A stretch of 64,000 bases of DNA, taken from NCBI GenBank assembly GCA_043797085.1, contig JAZDQA010000004.1, positions 64,001 through 128,000 on the forward strand, read 5' to 3'. The stretch is from Pseudomonadota bacterium (GTDB taxonomy: Bacteria > Campylobacterota > Campylobacteria > Campylobacterales > Sulfurimonadaceae). Below are positions 20,879 through 33,987 of this stretch, piece after piece. Each line of letters opens with the position of its first letter. The first letter of the stretch is position 1. Made by a program: the position numbers and the translations under genes. Under the pieces are notes generated by a model. It worked only from the letters and a program-made list of their open reading frames with translations, was not told where the DNA came from and made no database searches.

Positions 20879-22746
20879 CAGTCCTCGATATAATTTTTAA
20901 GTTTACGACCCACTTTTGGGTGCTTGAGTTTTTTGATCGCACTGCTCTCGATTTGACGGACACGCTCACGGGTAACGTTGAGCTCTTTACCAATCTCTTC
21001 TAATGTACGGTCACTCTCGTCATCCATAATTCCGAAACGCATTTTAATAACCGCTTTTTCGCGCTCATTAAGCTGTTCAAGAACCCCTTCGATTTGTACC
21101 TTCAAGTCATCCTTGAGAATAGCATCGGATGGAGAAATGGACATTTTATCTTCGATGAAGTCACCAAAACGTCCATCTTCTTCATTACCGATTGGAGCTT
21201 CAAGAGAGATAGGCTCTTTGGTAATCTTGATAACATTTTTGACTTTTTCAACCGATAAGCCCACTTCTTCTGCGATGGTTTCAACATCCGGCTCTTTTCC
21301 GTGCTCTTGGAGATGCTTACGCATGATTTTGTTGATACGATTGATGGTCTCGATCATGTGAATCGGGATACGAATCGTTCGTGCTTGGTCGGCGATGGCA
21401 CGGCTGATGGCTTGACGAATCCACCATGTCGCGTAGGTGGAAAATTTATACCCTTTTTGGTATTCGAATTTATCAACTGCTTTCATCAAACCGATATTTC
21501 CCTCTTGAATCAAATCCAAGAACGGTAAGCCACGGTTGGTATAGCGTTTTGCGATGGAGACAACGAGACGGAGATTGGATTTCGCCATACGCGTTTTAGC
21601 AATCTCTGAGATGCTTTTACCCCGCTTGATCTGTTCCAAAATATCGGCAAGTTTTTCAGGCTCCATATCAAATCCGCCTTTTGAGGCTTCTTTGGTTTGG
21701 ATGAGTTTTTTAATCTCCATGTAGGTACTGACCATTGTGGCTTCGGGTACTTTGCTCGAAATCTCTTCTTTGGTCAAATCACAGATTTTCTCTAAAATAA
21801 CTTTGTGATTTTTCTTGAGCTGCTCATTGAAAAGAGGAAGTTTATACTCCAAACGCTTGAGCTCACGGTCAAATCCTTCATCACTTCGAAGAGCAGTTTC
21901 CATAGAGCGAACCAACTCATTGATAAGCTTAGACGTTGGTCCAAGATCCAAAAGAGCTTCTTTAAGGGTTTTTTTCTTGAAACTGAGATTTAGGAAAAAT
22001 AAAACGTAATCTGAATCCATTTGATCCAACGTGCGCTCTTCGAGCATTTTTTCCGTTGCTTTTGACCACTCTTTTTTGGCTTTTTCAAGGGCTTTAAAAG
22101 AGGTTACAACTTTTTCAATCCGTTTTTTATCTTTGACGGAAGGAGCTTTTTCTTTTACCTCTTCCTCATCATCTACAGTATCATCATCACCGTCACTCTC
22201 TGTCTCTTCTTCTTCTCCGTCTTCGAAGCTTTTAAAGAGTTCTTTGACACGACGTTCACGATTAATAAGCGGATCTTTATAGTCAAGGATAAAATCAATC
22301 AAATAGGGGACAGAACAAATAGCATCGATGATAATGCCTTCACCCGACTCCATACGTTTTGAAATTTCAACCTCTTCTTCTTTGGTTAAGAGAGGAATTT
22401 GTCCCATTTCACGTAAGTACATACGGACAGGGGAATCAGAGCGTGACCACTCAAGAAGTTCATGCTGCTTGAGAATATCAAACTGATCGCTGCTCGCTTC
22501 TTCAATGTATTTAAGCTGTGCTACACGGCGCGCCTCAGCCTCTTGCTGGTTGAGGATTTTGGCATGTTCTGACGACGTAAAAAGACAAATTTTGTATTTT
22601 TCGGCAAGCTTTAAAATATTTTTGGCTTGAGCAGAGGTAGGCTGCTTGTCGTAGGCTTCGACAATCGCTTCATACGTTAAGCAATTTTTCGATTTGTGTT
22701 CTGAAAATAGTGTTTCGAGATGTTTGTTTAAATCTTTGACGCTCAT
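20878..22746 (-). CDS. rpoD: RNA polymerase primary sigma factor
   Basis: [41 protein letters not shown]. Confidence 0.98.
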   Translation of the reverse strand: MSVKDLNKHLETLFSEHKSKNCLTYEAIVEAYDKQPTSAQAKNILKLAEKYKICLFTSSEHAKILNQQEAEARRVAQLKYIEEASSDQFDILKQHELLEWSRSDSPVRMYLREMGQIPLLTKEEEVEISKRMESGEGIIIDAICSVPYLIDFILDYKDPLINRERRVKELFKSFEDGEEEETESDGDDDTVDDEEEVKEKAPSVKDKKRIEKVVTSFKALEKAKKEWSKATEKMLEERTLDQMDSDYVLFFLNLSFKKKTLKEALLDLGPTSKLINELVRSMETALRSDEGFDRELKRLEYKLPLFNEQLKKNHKVILEKICDLTKEEISSKVPEATMVSTYMEIKKLIQTKEASKGGFDMEPEKLADILEQIKRGKSISEIAKTRMAKSNLRLVVSIAKRYTNRGLPFLDLIQEGNIGLMKAVDKFEYQKGYKFSTYATWWIRQAISRAIADQARTIRIPIHMIETINRINKIMRKHLQEHGKEPDVETIAEEVGLSVEKVKNVIKITKEPISLEAPIGNEEDGRFGDFIEDKMSISPSDAILKDDLKVQIEGVLEQLNEREKAVIKMRFGIMDDESDRTLEEIGKELNVTRERVRQIESSAIKKLKHPKVGRKLKNYIED

Positions 22747-22832
22747 ACGCTAAAAGCTCCCTTGCGGTTTTAAAAAGAATCGGATTATACCGAAATCTTA
22801 TTAAAAAAGCCTAAACTAGAATTATTAAAAAG

Positions 22833-22849
22833 TGGAATAGCCTTTGCTT
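22833..22849 (+). promoter_or_regulatory. Sigma54 (-24/-12) promoter of flgFG
   Basis: TGGAATAGCCTTTGCTT: GG (22834-35) and GC (22846-47) separated by 10 nt, about 35 nt before flgF. Confidence 0.85.
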
Positions 22850-22881
22850 TAGACGTTTAATATTGAATTTGGAGAGTACCA

Positions 22882-23706
22882 ATGCAAACAGGATATTACG
22901 CTGCGACGGGTGGAATGATTACTCAATTCAACCGTATTGATACCATTGCAGCCAACTTGGCTAATGCTAATACCTCCGGCTACAAGAAAGAGCAATTAAT
23001 TACAGGTGATTTCGCAAAAATCTATAAAGAGGCTAGGGATACTCTTCCGCTCAAAAATGATACGACAGAAGCTGCTTTGTATTTAAATCGATCTTTGGCA
23101 CGTGTTCCACAAATAACCGATGCGTATACGGATTTTTCACAAGGGACACTGCAAAAAACCGATAATTCTTTGGATTTGGCACTTGCTAAAGAAGGACAGT
23201 TTTTTGCAGTGAATACACCTCAAGGAGCGCGTTTGACACGGGATGGGCTCTTTACTCTCAATGATGAGGGGAAACTAGTGAATAAGCAAGGATATGAAGT
23301 ACTCTCCAGTGATTACTTTCAATCTAAAACAGCTATTAAGCTTAATCCTGAAGATTCAGTCATAAGCATTGATAAAAATGGGCTTATCAGCACTAATGTT
23401 CCCGGCTCTACGCAGATGATAGCCGGTAAAAAGCTCATGATAGTGGAACCGCAAAACATCCGTTTGCTCAAAAAAGAGGGAGATAACCTCTACATTCCGG
23501 ACACTTCTGTTCCTCTGACTCCTGTTGATCAAAGCGGGGGAGTCATGCAAGGTTATACGGAAAAGAGCAATGTTAATTCGGTGAATGAGATGATAGGTCT
23601 TATCGAAGCTAATCGGCTTGTTGGAATGTACCAAAAAGCAATGGATGCTCAGATGAATGATATGAATCGCGATGCTATTGAAAAAATCGCTGTTACTCGA
23701 CGATAA
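22882..23706 (+). CDS. flgF: Flagellar basal-body rod protein FlgF-type
   Basis: ANLANANTSGYK, TRDG and EKSNVN rod/hook motifs; precedes flgG. Confidence 0.85.
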   Translation: MQTGYYAATGGMITQFNRIDTIAANLANANTSGYKKEQLITGDFAKIYKEARDTLPLKNDTTEAALYLNRSLARVPQITDAYTDFSQGTLQKTDNSLDLALAKEGQFFAVNTPQGARLTRDGLFTLNDEGKLVNKQGYEVLSSDYFQSKTAIKLNPEDSVISIDKNGLISTNVPGSTQMIAGKKLMIVEPQNIRLLKKEGDNLYIPDTSVPLTPVDQSGGVMQGYTEKSNVNSVNEMIGLIEANRLVGMYQKAMDAQMNDMNRDAIEKIAVTRR

Positions 23707-23722
23707 TTAAGGAGATAAAATT

Positions 23723-24511
23723 ATGATGCAATCACTTTACACTAGTTCTACGGGAATGATGGCTATGCAAACCCAAATCGATACCACGGCGAATAATATT
23801 GCCAACGTTAATACGATGGGATATAAAAAATCACGTGCTGAATTTGCGGATTTGATGTATAAAGTTATGACGTATGCGGGAACGTCTACGAGTGATACAA
23901 CTAAATCTCCAACGGGAATTGAAGTTGGTCTTGGGGTACGTCCGACAGCTATTAATAAAATATTTTCGGAAGGGAGTTTAAAGCAAACCGATAACTCTCT
24001 TGATTTGGCAATTACGGGAAAAGGATTTTTGAAGTTACAGCTTCCTAATGGCACGGAAGTGTACACTCGAAACGGTTCATTAAAAGTGGATCAAAATGGG
24101 ACACTGGTGAATTCAGACGGATATACGGTCATTCCTGAAATTGTTATTCCCGATGATGCCATTGATATTAGTATCGGAACAGACGGTATTGTCAGTGTCA
24201 CTCAACCGGGACAAGCACAAGCAACCCAAGTAGGGCAACTTACCCTTACAAACTTTATCAATCCGGCGGGTCTGCATGCAATGGGAGACAATCTTTTTGT
24301 CGAAACGGACAGTTCTGGACAACCTGTCGAAGGTACACCGGGAGATACCGGATTAGGCAGTATCAGACAAGGGTTTGTGGAGCTTTCAAACGTTCAGTTG
24401 GTTGTTGAACTTACCGACCTTATTACAGGTCAGCGTGCATACGATGCGAATTCAAAAGTAATTACGACGAGTGATGAAATGTTAGCAACAACCAATGGAT
24501 TGAAACGATAA
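23723..24511 (+). CDS. flgG: Flagellar basal-body rod protein FlgG
   Basis: ANNIANVNTMGYK, YTRNG, ELSNV, QRAYDANSK. Confidence 0.95.
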   Translation: MMQSLYTSSTGMMAMQTQIDTTANNIANVNTMGYKKSRAEFADLMYKVMTYAGTSTSDTTKSPTGIEVGLGVRPTAINKIFSEGSLKQTDNSLDLAITGKGFLKLQLPNGTEVYTRNGSLKVDQNGTLVNSDGYTVIPEIVIPDDAIDISIGTDGIVSVTQPGQAQATQVGQLTLTNFINPAGLHAMGDNLFVETDSSGQPVEGTPGDTGLGSIRQGFVELSNVQLVVELTDLITGQRAYDANSKVITTSDEMLATTNGLKR

Positions 24512-24517
24512 GATAAC

Positions 24518-24534
24518 CCGTTCGTAGCGAACGG
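24518..24534. terminator. Hairpin between convergent flgG and adk, probable terminator
   Basis: CCGTTCG-tag-CGAACGG perfect 7-bp stem. Confidence 0.55.
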
Positions 24535-24539
24535 AATTA

Positions 24540-25780
<1,241 letters not shown>

Positions 25781-25802
25781 TAATTTGATCCTTTTTATAA
25801 TC

Positions 25803-25904
25803 TGCCCTAAAAGGGCAAGCGTTTCAAAGAAACATCGCTAAACGCGAGCGGTTCCCTTGTTTTGTGCCTTAGCGGCTAGCGTAGCCGATGGGGCTTTTGC
25901 TCCA
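25803..25904. repeat. GC-rich multi-hairpin intergenic element between aspS and adk
   Basis: TGCCCT-aaa-AGGGCA, CGGCTA-gcg-TAGCCG and ATGGGC-tttt-GCTCCAT hairpins. Confidence 0.45.
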
Positions 25905-25912
25905 TTGGCGTC

Positions 25913-27667
25913 TTATTTAATGGTTTCACGAAGGCGGATATGAAGTTCACGAAGTTGAGTGAGCTCCACCGGACTTGGTGCTTGCGTCATAATACAAGAT
26001 GCTTTTTGTGTTTTCGGGAACGCGATAACGTCACGAATACTGTCTTTTTTCGATAATAGCATCATGAAACGGTCAAATCCGATCGCAAAACCACCGTGTG
26101 GAGGTGCTCCGAATTTGAGAGCATCGAGAAGGAATCCGAATTTTTCTTGTGCTTCTTCTTCTTCAATTCCCAACAATCTAAAGATTTGTTCTTGAAGAGC
26201 TTGCTTGTGGATACGTATTGATCCGCCACCAAGTTCTGTACCGTTTAGAACGATGTCATACGCGATGGATTCAATGTCTTCAAGATGCTCATGATTCAAA
26301 TCACGTGGCATAGTAAAGGGGTGGTGAAGCGCTTTGACACGACCGTCTTCGATTTCGAACATCGGGAAATCAACAACCCATACGAATTCAAAACGGTCTT
26401 TGTCGATAAGATTCATTTTTTCATGTTCTGCAATGAAGATGCGGAAACGTCCCATATAGTCCCAAACCGTTTTCTTATCTCCGGCACCGAAGAAGACAAC
26501 GTCACCAACTTGAAGTTCAGTACGATCCACAAGAAGCTGTAAATCTTCAGCAGTAAAGAATTTTTCCAATGGTCCTTTGAGACCATCTTCTTTCATTTGG
26601 AAATATCCAAGTCCTTTTGCTCCGAATTTACGGACATAATCTTCAAAACTTTTCATTTCACGTTTTGAGAAGACCAAATCAGCCCCTGGAACACGAAGCG
26701 CTTTGATACGGTTCATTTTTGGATTTGCAGCAATAGCGGTGAAGATTTCATTATCACTACGTTCAAAAATATCGATAACATCAACCATTTTTAGGTCATA
26801 GCGAAGATCCGGTTTGTCTGATCCATACCACTCCATCGCATCCGAGTATTTGATACGGTTAAAAGGAGTAACCACCGTATGTCCTGCACTTGCGAACATT
26901 CCGACAATTAATTCTTCTGCAACACGGATAACGTCTTCTTGATTACAAAATGACATTTCGACATCGATTTGAGTAAATTCCGGTTGACGATCGGCACGTA
27001 AATCTTCATCGCGGAAACATTTCGCGATTTGAAAATAACGGTCAAATCCACCTACCATCAAAAGCTGTTTAAACAACTGCGGTGATTGGGGAAGGGCGTA
27101 GAACTCACCCTCGTGTACACGGCTAGGGACGAGATAATCTCGTGCACCTTCAGGGGTTGATTTGGTCAAAATCGGAGTTTCGACTTCCAAAAATCCTAGA
27201 CTGTCAAGAACGTTACGTGCGGCAATAGCGGCTTTTGAGCGAAGTAAAAAAGTGTTGTACATCGCGGGATTACGCAAATCTAAATAGCGGTATTTAAGAC
27301 GTATCTCTTCACCGACATTGTTGTCACCAATCATAAAAGGGACAGCTTCAGAACGGTTTTCGATAATAAGCTCATCCACGATCACTTCGATAGCACCGGT
27401 TTTGAGACGCGGGTTAACCAGTCCTTCGCCACGAGCGCGAATACGTCCATGTGCTATGAGGACAAACTCATCACGAACTTCACTCGCCAATTTGTGCGCA
27501 TTTGCATTGTCAGCAGGGTCACAAACGAGTTGGATCAAACCGCTTTTATCGCGTAAATCAATAAAAACGATACCACCGTGGTCGCGGTGACTGTTCGCCC
27601 AACCACATAAAACGACTTTTTCGCCAACGTTTGTTTCATTTAATTCAGTACAAAAATGACTTCTCAA
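25913..27667 (-). CDS. aspS: Aspartate--tRNA ligase
   Basis: [37 protein letters not shown]. Confidence 0.98.
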   Translation of the reverse strand: MRSHFCTELNETNVGEKVVLCGWANSHRDHGGIVFIDLRDKSGLIQLVCDPADNANAHKLASEVRDEFVLIAHGRIRARGEGLVNPRLKTGAIEVIVDELIIENRSEAVPFMIGDNNVGEEIRLKYRYLDLRNPAMYNTFLLRSKAAIAARNVLDSLGFLEVETPILTKSTPEGARDYLVPSRVHEGEFYALPQSPQLFKQLLMVGGFDRYFQIAKCFRDEDLRADRQPEFTQIDVEMSFCNQEDVIRVAEELIVGMFASAGHTVVTPFNRIKYSDAMEWYGSDKPDLRYDLKMVDVIDIFERSDNEIFTAIAANPKMNRIKALRVPGADLVFSKREMKSFEDYVRKFGAKGLGYFQMKEDGLKGPLEKFFTAEDLQLLVDRTELQVGDVVFFGAGDKKTVWDYMGRFRIFIAEHEKMNLIDKDRFEFVWVVDFPMFEIEDGRVKALHHPFTMPRDLNHEHLEDIESIAYDIVLNGTELGGGSIRIHKQALQEQIFRLLGIEEEEAQEKFGFLLDALKFGAPPHGGFAIGFDRFMMLLSKKDSIRDVIAFPKTQKASCIMTQAPSPVELTQLRELHIRLRETIK

Positions 27668-27752
27668 ATCAAAGTCCTTGGGTTAATTTTTCGCAATTAT
27701 ACCGCTTACAATCTTTTGGTTTGATAATAGTGAAGTTAGTGGTTAGTGATGG

Positions 27753-27761
27753 TGCTATAAT
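27753..27761 (+). promoter_or_regulatory. Extended -10 sigma70 promoter of recQ
   Basis: TGCTATAAT about 30 nt upstream of the recQ start. Confidence 0.65.
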
Positions 27762-27791
27762 TCGCGAATAAAAGAACTGTATTAAATAAGG

Positions 27792-29603
27792 ATGCCCGTG
27801 TTAGCTGAGAATAAAAAGTACTCGGTACTTAAAAGCGTATTTGGACATTCCTCTTTTAGAGCATTTCAAGAAGAAGCCGTTGACGCCATCATTGCCGGAG
27901 AGGATGTGATGATGATTTTACCCACGGGTGCGGGAAAATCATTGTGTTATCAAATGCCTGCTTTGTTGATGAACGGTGTGACGGTGGTGGTTTCTCCTCT
28001 TTTGGCACTGATGCACGATCAGATAACAGCGTTGTCGGCTTTTGGGATAGAGGCTGCCATGGTATCCTCCATGCAAACAGCTCAAGAGATTGAAATGACG
28101 ATGCAAAAAGCAATGAGTGCAGAGCTCAAATTTTTGTATGTTGCACCGGAGCGGTTAAAAAGTGGAGAATTTATCCGATTTTTACGCAATGTTCCGATCG
28201 ATTTTTTTGTCGTCGATGAAGCACACTGTGTCAGCGAATGGGGACATGAATTTCGTGAAGACTATCGACAGCTGCACCGTTTGCGGGAGCTTTTCCCCTC
28301 TGTGCCTATAGCCGCATTTACGGCGACGGCAACTCATTTGGTCGAGCACGATATTCTTTCTCAGCTCAGGCTTAATGATCCGGTACTCATACGGGCAAAA
28401 GTGTCAAGAGAAAACCTCACGATCACAGCACAGAATCGAAACGGAAATGGTCGTGAGCAGCTGATGGAGTTTTTGGGAAGTTATGACAATGAAAGCGGTA
28501 TCGTCTACACGTTTACTCGCAAGGAGGCGGAAGAACTGGCACAGTTTCTAAGTCTGAAGAAAATTCCTGCCCAAGCGTATCATGCAGGATTGCCGACACT
28601 GCAAAAAAATGAAACCTATCGAGCATTTTTGAATGATGAGATCAGAGTTGTTGTTGCTACCGTCGCTTTTGGAATGGGAATCGATAAAAGCAACATACGA
28701 TTCGTCGTTCACACTTCACTGCCCAAAACCATCGAGAACTACTATCAAGAGATCGGGCGAGCAGGGCGTGATGGTTTGGATGCCTCTACTTTATTACTCT
28801 TTTCTACCTCGGATTTTTTAGAGCGCCGACGAATGATCGAGTCACAACCCGAATCAGCGTATAAAAAATTAGCGTTTGAAAAGTTGGAGGCAACATCCAA
28901 GTTTGCGTCATCGCAAGTATGCCGTCATCAACTCATCGCCGAGTATTTCGATGACAGTGCCTCAGCATGCCAAACACGATGTGACAATTGCCTCCAACCC
29001 GATAAAGAGAGCATGGACATTACCCAAGAGTCACTCAAGCTCCTTTCTTGCGTTTATCGCAGCGGACAGCGGTTCGGGCTCCACTATGTTGTTGATATTT
29101 TACTAGGGTCTGGGAATGAAAAAATAGCCCAAAATGGGCATAAAACTCTCTCAGTCTATGGGATCGGAAAAGATAAAAGTCGTGGTCAGTGGCATACCAT
29201 AGGGGACAGACTTCTCGAATTAAAAGCTCTGAGACAAGGCGAATTCAAAGTGATGCAACTCGATGAATACGGATTAGAGATTATCAAAAAGTCTCTTTCC
29301 GTAACGATTCGAAAAGAGAGACTGGCAGAGAAGAAAAAAGGATCTTTCAATACGGCTAAAGTAACCTACGCTTCCGGGGAAAATCACCTTGTTTTTGAAA
29401 AATTGCGGGTGCTTAGAACGGATATTGCCAAACGAGCCGGTGTTCCTCCCTATGTCGTATTTAGTGATAAAACGCTTCAGGATATGGCAGTAAAACTGCC
29501 TAAAAATAAAGACGAAATGCTGCAAGTAGGCGGAGTAGGGGATGTGAAATTTGAGCGATACGGCGAAGCATTTTTGGCATTGTGTTTAACGCTAGATTGT
29601 TAG
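27792..29603 (+). CDS. recQ: ATP-dependent DNA helicase RecQ
   Basis: PTGAGKSLCYQ, DEAH, YHAG, QEIGRAGRDG, Zn site, RQC and HRDC (PYVVFSD) domains. Confidence 0.96.
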   Translation: MPVLAENKKYSVLKSVFGHSSFRAFQEEAVDAIIAGEDVMMILPTGAGKSLCYQMPALLMNGVTVVVSPLLALMHDQITALSAFGIEAAMVSSMQTAQEIEMTMQKAMSAELKFLYVAPERLKSGEFIRFLRNVPIDFFVVDEAHCVSEWGHEFREDYRQLHRLRELFPSVPIAAFTATATHLVEHDILSQLRLNDPVLIRAKVSRENLTITAQNRNGNGREQLMEFLGSYDNESGIVYTFTRKEAEELAQFLSLKKIPAQAYHAGLPTLQKNETYRAFLNDEIRVVVATVAFGMGIDKSNIRFVVHTSLPKTIENYYQEIGRAGRDGLDASTLLLFSTSDFLERRRMIESQPESAYKKLAFEKLEATSKFASSQVCRHQLIAEYFDDSASACQTRCDNCLQPDKESMDITQESLKLLSCVYRSGQRFGLHYVVDILLGSGNEKIAQNGHKTLSVYGIGKDKSRGQWHTIGDRLLELKALRQGEFKVMQLDEYGLEIIKKSLSVTIRKERLAEKKKGSFNTAKVTYASGENHLVFEKLRVLRTDIAKRAGVPPYVVFSDKTLQDMAVKLPKNKDEMLQVGGVGDVKFERYGEAFLALCLTLDC

Positions 29604-29682
29604 GTTGTTGTGCATTGAGATTTTTTTGTAACTTTTTTAGTATATGATTATGTATTCATAGAATAATACTAAAGGAAACAAT

Positions 29683-30777
29683 ATGGGTTGGTTTGGCAAT
29701 GATGACGTTTTAAACAATGAGATAGTGCGTGTCAAAAAAGAGAATGAAGAACTCAAACAGCAAAACCAGCGTTTAAACGATACTCTTCATGAAAAAGAGA
29801 TGTTTATCCAATCTCAAATGACAGAGCACAAATGTGAAAATGCGTCATCCATAATGACCTATGAAAATCAGCAGCTCAAAAAAAATCTTGTTGATATTCA
29901 AGGCAACATGTCAACATCCGTTACCGCGTCAAAAGATAATATTGCACAATCGACGGCTCTTTTAGAAAATATCATCGATCTTGGAAGTAAAGCGTCTGCT
30001 ATTTCAGCAACTTTAGAGGATTTGAACCATTTGGCTTTAGATTCGATGGACACAGTTCAAGCTCTTTCTCAGCGAGCTCAGGATGTAGGCAGTATATTAG
30101 GTCTCATAAAAGATATTTCTGATCAAACGAATCTTTTGGCACTTAATGCTGCTATTGAAGCCGCTCGTGCGGGAGAACATGGTCGTGGATTTGCCGTTGT
30201 AGCAGATGAAGTACGCAAACTTGCCGACCGTACCGATAAAGCGATCAGTGAAATTAATATCTCATTGCAATCCATGAAACAAGACGTTAGCACAATCGGA
30301 GAAAAATTTGAACTGATCCAAGAGAGAATCACAGAGTCTAATAAATCTGTAGCAAGTTTCAATACCAATATGGAGCAAAATGCATCACTAATGCGTCATA
30401 CCTTTACGAACACTGCGCATACTGCGGAACGGATTTTTATGAGTTTAGCAAAACTCGATCATGTTATTTGGAAAATAAACACCTATCTCTCAGCGGTCAT
30501 GAAAAAAGAGGCATTTGTATTTGTAGATCATCATAATTGCCGACTGGGAAAATGGTATCTTGAAGGTGAAGGTGCCGATTTTTTCAAAAAAACATCCAGT
30601 TACGCATCCCTTGAAGCTCCTCACGCCATTGTCCATAACTCAACCCATAAGATTTTTGATCTAATGCAAAAAGAGAGTATCGGATCGGACGCATTTGTGA
30701 AAATATTCCAAGATATGGAACAAGCCAGTGATGATGTATTTACTATTCTCGATAAAATGCTCCACGAAAAGCAGTAA
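29683..30777 (+). CDS. Soluble methyl-accepting chemotaxis protein with C-terminal CZB zinc-binding domain (TlpD-like)
   Basis: [32 protein letters not shown]...[10 protein letters not shown]...HAIVH CZB motif; no TM. Confidence 0.9.
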   Translation: MGWFGNDDVLNNEIVRVKKENEELKQQNQRLNDTLHEKEMFIQSQMTEHKCENASSIMTYENQQLKKNLVDIQGNMSTSVTASKDNIAQSTALLENIIDLGSKASAISATLEDLNHLALDSMDTVQALSQRAQDVGSILGLIKDISDQTNLLALNAAIEAARAGEHGRGFAVVADEVRKLADRTDKAISEINISLQSMKQDVSTIGEKFELIQERITESNKSVASFNTNMEQNASLMRHTFTNTAHTAERIFMSLAKLDHVIWKINTYLSAVMKKEAFVFVDHHNCRLGKWYLEGEGADFFKKTSSYASLEAPHAIVHNSTHKIFDLMQKESIGSDAFVKIFQDMEQASDDVFTILDKMLHEKQ

Positions 30778-30785
30778 ATAGATCT

Positions 30786-31826
30786 TTAAACAATCCAAGC
30801 CCCATCTCTATAGACAATCTCATCTCCGAGCGTAAAGCTCTGAGTGTCTGCAAAAACATCTACATGATAGGTTCCGTCGCGGCGTTTAAAGCCCGGCTTG
30901 CCATAGATACCATGTTTTGCCCCCAAAGACAAATGGACACCGCACATGCGTTCATACGTTCCGGTATCGGCAACCGTACGTGTTTTGCTAAAGGCTCTAT
31001 TGAGTCCAAGCCCTAGCTCACGAACCCAAACAACACCCCCTTCATCTCTGCGTATATTGGAGAGTATGAGGTCAAATGCCGGAGTTGAATTTTCACACTC
31101 AATCACTTGCCCTTGCTCTATAATAAGAGTAATAGGAATTTTCGGATAATTCAGCTTATAGGTAACATCGCCGAAACTAAAAATCTTTACACGTCCATTC
31201 ACCGCTCGTAAATCTTGTGCTTCGGTGAATACTTCACCCAGTGGAAACTGACCGCCGGTATTGGTCATATCCGTATAATCTCCGATATTGAGCTTGGCAG
31301 ACTCAAATGGTGATCCATACACCAAAAGTTCTCCTCCGGTGTCAAGTACCCCTCCGTCAACAGAATCTATTTTACTTTTGAGCGTACGACCTACATAACG
31401 ATAATAATCAGCATCATATGCTAATGAATCGAGGTAATAGGGTGCTTCATCATCTGACATACGGCTTAGATGGGGATGCTCGATGACTTTGATTTGACGC
31501 TTAAACAACTCGACACGTAAGCGAAAAGCATCAAGCCTAAAACTGGTAGATTGAACCAATGCCACAAAATCAGACGGCTGTAACGAAACCAATATTTCCA
31601 GTATCTCTTCAGGCGTTTGCGTATCAAAGTCAACAAATATTGCCTCAGGCAAGGAACGCTTATACCCCTGCATCAAAATGTTAGATAACATACAGCGCGT
31701 GTCATACACCACAACTGCCCGCTCTTTTGTATGATGAAAGACCTCCTTCAAAAGACCATTTAGATGATTATGTGCTGTCGAAATTAATGATTCAAGATCC
31801 GAAGAAGAGTGCAAACTTTCATTCAT
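30786..31826 (-). CDS. Aminopeptidase T (M29)-like metallohydrolase fold protein
   Basis: PLGEVFT, RELGLGLN, ERMCGVHLSLG and HVD pattern. Confidence 0.6.
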   Translation of the reverse strand: MNESLHSSSDLESLISTAHNHLNGLLKEVFHHTKERAVVVYDTRCMLSNILMQGYKRSLPEAIFVDFDTQTPEEILEILVSLQPSDFVALVQSTSFRLDAFRLRVELFKRQIKVIEHPHLSRMSDDEAPYYLDSLAYDADYYRYVGRTLKSKIDSVDGGVLDTGGELLVYGSPFESAKLNIGDYTDMTNTGGQFPLGEVFTEAQDLRAVNGRVKIFSFGDVTYKLNYPKIPITLIIEQGQVIECENSTPAFDLILSNIRRDEGGVVWVRELGLGLNRAFSKTRTVADTGTYERMCGVHLSLGAKHGIYGKPGFKRRDGTYHVDVFADTQSFTLGDEIVYRDGAWIV

Positions 31827-31995
31827 TATTTTTTTCCTACTTGTGATGAAGATAAATATCTTTTAATGGACGAAGTATAGCTTAGCTGATATATGATGAA
31901 CTAAATAAATGTGTCAATCATTGAGGGCATTCCATGGTAAATTAATCGCTCAAAAGATAGAATTGCTCGAATCATTTTAATTACAAGGGCATTTT

Positions 31996-32601
31996 ATGAA
32001 ATCAATAGCTGCTTTTATTTTCTTAATAGCATTAACAAATACGGCTTTTTCAGCTCCAAAAAACATTCATCTTAATGTGGGCATCAGTAATTTTAATTCT
32101 GCTTCCTATACAAAAAAACTTCCTGTCTCAAAAAATACAATGGAATGCAATAGTGATGATGCAAAACAGTTTGTAGCGAGTATTTTTGAACGAGAGGGCA
32201 ATACTCCGAGCTTTATCGGTGGCTATAAAATACTCAAAAAATCAGAGAATGTCAGCTACTGCTCTGTTTCATATAAAAATGCTGGAGATATTAGCAAACA
32301 AACCTTTTGGATTATAAAAGAAGAGGATAAAATTTATTTTTATGATTATGAGTCTATGCCTGTCGCTTGCGACTGTGAAGAGGTACATGAATACATAAAA
32401 GAAATAGCAGCGCGGAGAAAAATTACAATTGATGAACTTGGTGGCTTAGAGGAAAGTGAAACATTTAATGATACAACTTTATGCACCTTAGCCTACAAAG
32501 CTTCTGATATGAATGATCTGGCTAAACTCAATTATTCTCTGTCACGGGATGAAGATTTCAACGTAGTTATGACAACTGAAGACAATGAGTTTGAAAATTA
32601 A
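31996..32601 (+). CDS. Secreted hypothetical protein with internal duplication
   Basis: Signal peptide; two related ~70-aa Cys-containing repeats. Confidence 0.7.
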   Translation: MKSIAAFIFLIALTNTAFSAPKNIHLNVGISNFNSASYTKKLPVSKNTMECNSDDAKQFVASIFEREGNTPSFIGGYKILKKSENVSYCSVSYKNAGDISKQTFWIIKEEDKIYFYDYESMPVACDCEEVHEYIKEIAARRKITIDELGGLEESETFNDTTLCTLAYKASDMNDLAKLNYSLSRDEDFNVVMTTEDNEFEN

Positions 32602-32633
32602 ACTATCGATAATATTTTATGAAAGAGGTATAC

Positions 32634-33455
32634 ATGACTCAATCAATTGAGATCATCTCATGGAACGTCAACGGCATCCGAGCCGTAGCCGAAAAGGGAG
32701 CATTCGACTGGCTCGAAGAACGTCAGCCGCATATCCTCTGTCTCCAAGAGATCAAAGCCCTCCCGGAACAAATGCCGGATAATCTCTTCGCAAACCGCTA
32801 TCCCAATATAAGTATTAACAGTGCTGTAAAAAAAGGGTATTCAGGAACATTGATCGCAAGTGACCTTGAACCTGTATATTCAGATACTTGTGCTGATATT
32901 GATACCATGTGTGAAGGACGTATCGTCGAACATCATTATGGAGATATTGCTTTGTTCAATGTCTATTTTCCCAATGGACAAAAAGATGAAGAACGGCTCG
33001 CCTATAAACTGGAGTTTTATGACCGGTTCTTGGATTACTGTCAAAGCCTTCGAAGTGAGGGCAAAAAAATAATCATCTGTGGGGATGTCAACACAGCTCA
33101 CCGTCCTATTGATCTCAAAAATCCTAAATCGAATGAAAAGACATCGGGTTTCTTGCCGATTGAGCGTGCATGGATCGATAAGCTGATTGAGCATGGCTAC
33201 ATCGATACCTTCCGTCATATCCATGGAGATAAAGAGAATGAATACAGCTGGTGGTCGTATCGTTTTAGTGCACGCTCTAAAAACGTCGGATGGAGAATCG
33301 ATTACTTTTTTATCTCCGATGATTTAGCAGATTCTCTCGAAGACGCATTCATTCTTCAAGATATTACGGGATCGGATCATTGTCCGGTTGGAATACGGAT
33401 TAAGTTGATATATGAAAATCAGAACACTTTAGAGGAGGTAAAAACTCATGAATAA
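32634..33455 (+). CDS. xth: Exodeoxyribonuclease III / AP endonuclease
   Basis: SWNVNG, LQEIK, YFPNG, GDVNTAH, WRIDY, SDHCP; start moved to MTQSIE. Confidence 0.95.
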   Translation: MTQSIEIISWNVNGIRAVAEKGAFDWLEERQPHILCLQEIKALPEQMPDNLFANRYPNISINSAVKKGYSGTLIASDLEPVYSDTCADIDTMCEGRIVEHHYGDIALFNVYFPNGQKDEERLAYKLEFYDRFLDYCQSLRSEGKKIIICGDVNTAHRPIDLKNPKSNEKTSGFLPIERAWIDKLIEHGYIDTFRHIHGDKENEYSWWSYRFSARSKNVGWRIDYFFISDDLADSLEDAFILQDITGSDHCPVGIRIKLIYENQNTLEEVKTHE

Positions 33456-33987
33456 GGATAAAGCAGGCATTTTCTATATAACTTTTAGTTGCACGATATT
33501 TTCATTAAACCTTTATGCTAGTGATCTCAGTTCATTAGAACAAAAACAGTTTCTTGAAGCGCATAACCGATTCCGTAGTGAAGTACATGTTGGAGCGTTG
33601 ACATGGTCGGATGAGTTATCTCTTACTGCACAACAATGGGTTATAAAACTGCGTAATGAAAATCAGTGCAAACTGAAACACAGTGGTATACAGGGGATCG
33701 GTGAAAATTTATTTTGGGCAAGTCCTGTGTTTGTTTCCGATGGATCAACTTATCCGCAAAAAATTATACCCAATCAAGTCATCAGCGCATGGGGAGGCGA
33801 GAAGCAATATTATCATTATGAGAGCAATAAATGTGATGACAAGAAAACGTGTGGACACTATACCCAAGTTGTTTGGAAAGATAGTCAAAAAGTAGGGTGT
33901 GCAATGGTAGTATGTCCAGATAATGCTCAGATATGGAGTTGCAATTATTCACCAGCAGGCAATTACATTGGTCAGAAACCATATTAA
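33448..33987 (+). CDS. Secreted CAP-domain (PR-1/SCP-like) protein
   Basis: HNRFR, GENL, CGHYTQVVW, GCA and CNYSPAGN motifs. Confidence 0.92.
   Translation: MNKDKAGIFYITFSCTIFSLNLYASDLSSLEQKQFLEAHNRFRSEVHVGALTWSDELSLTAQQWVIKLRNENQCKLKHSGIQGIGENLFWASPVFVSDGSTYPQKIIPNQVISAWGGEKQYYHYESNKCDDKKTCGHYTQVVWKDSQKVGCAMVVCPDNAQIWSCNYSPAGNYIGQKPY

Noticed and set aside
27735..27755. GTTAGTG-GTTAGTG-ATGGTG short tandem repeat before recQ
   Set aside because: Only two full units; too short to call a contingency locus or array
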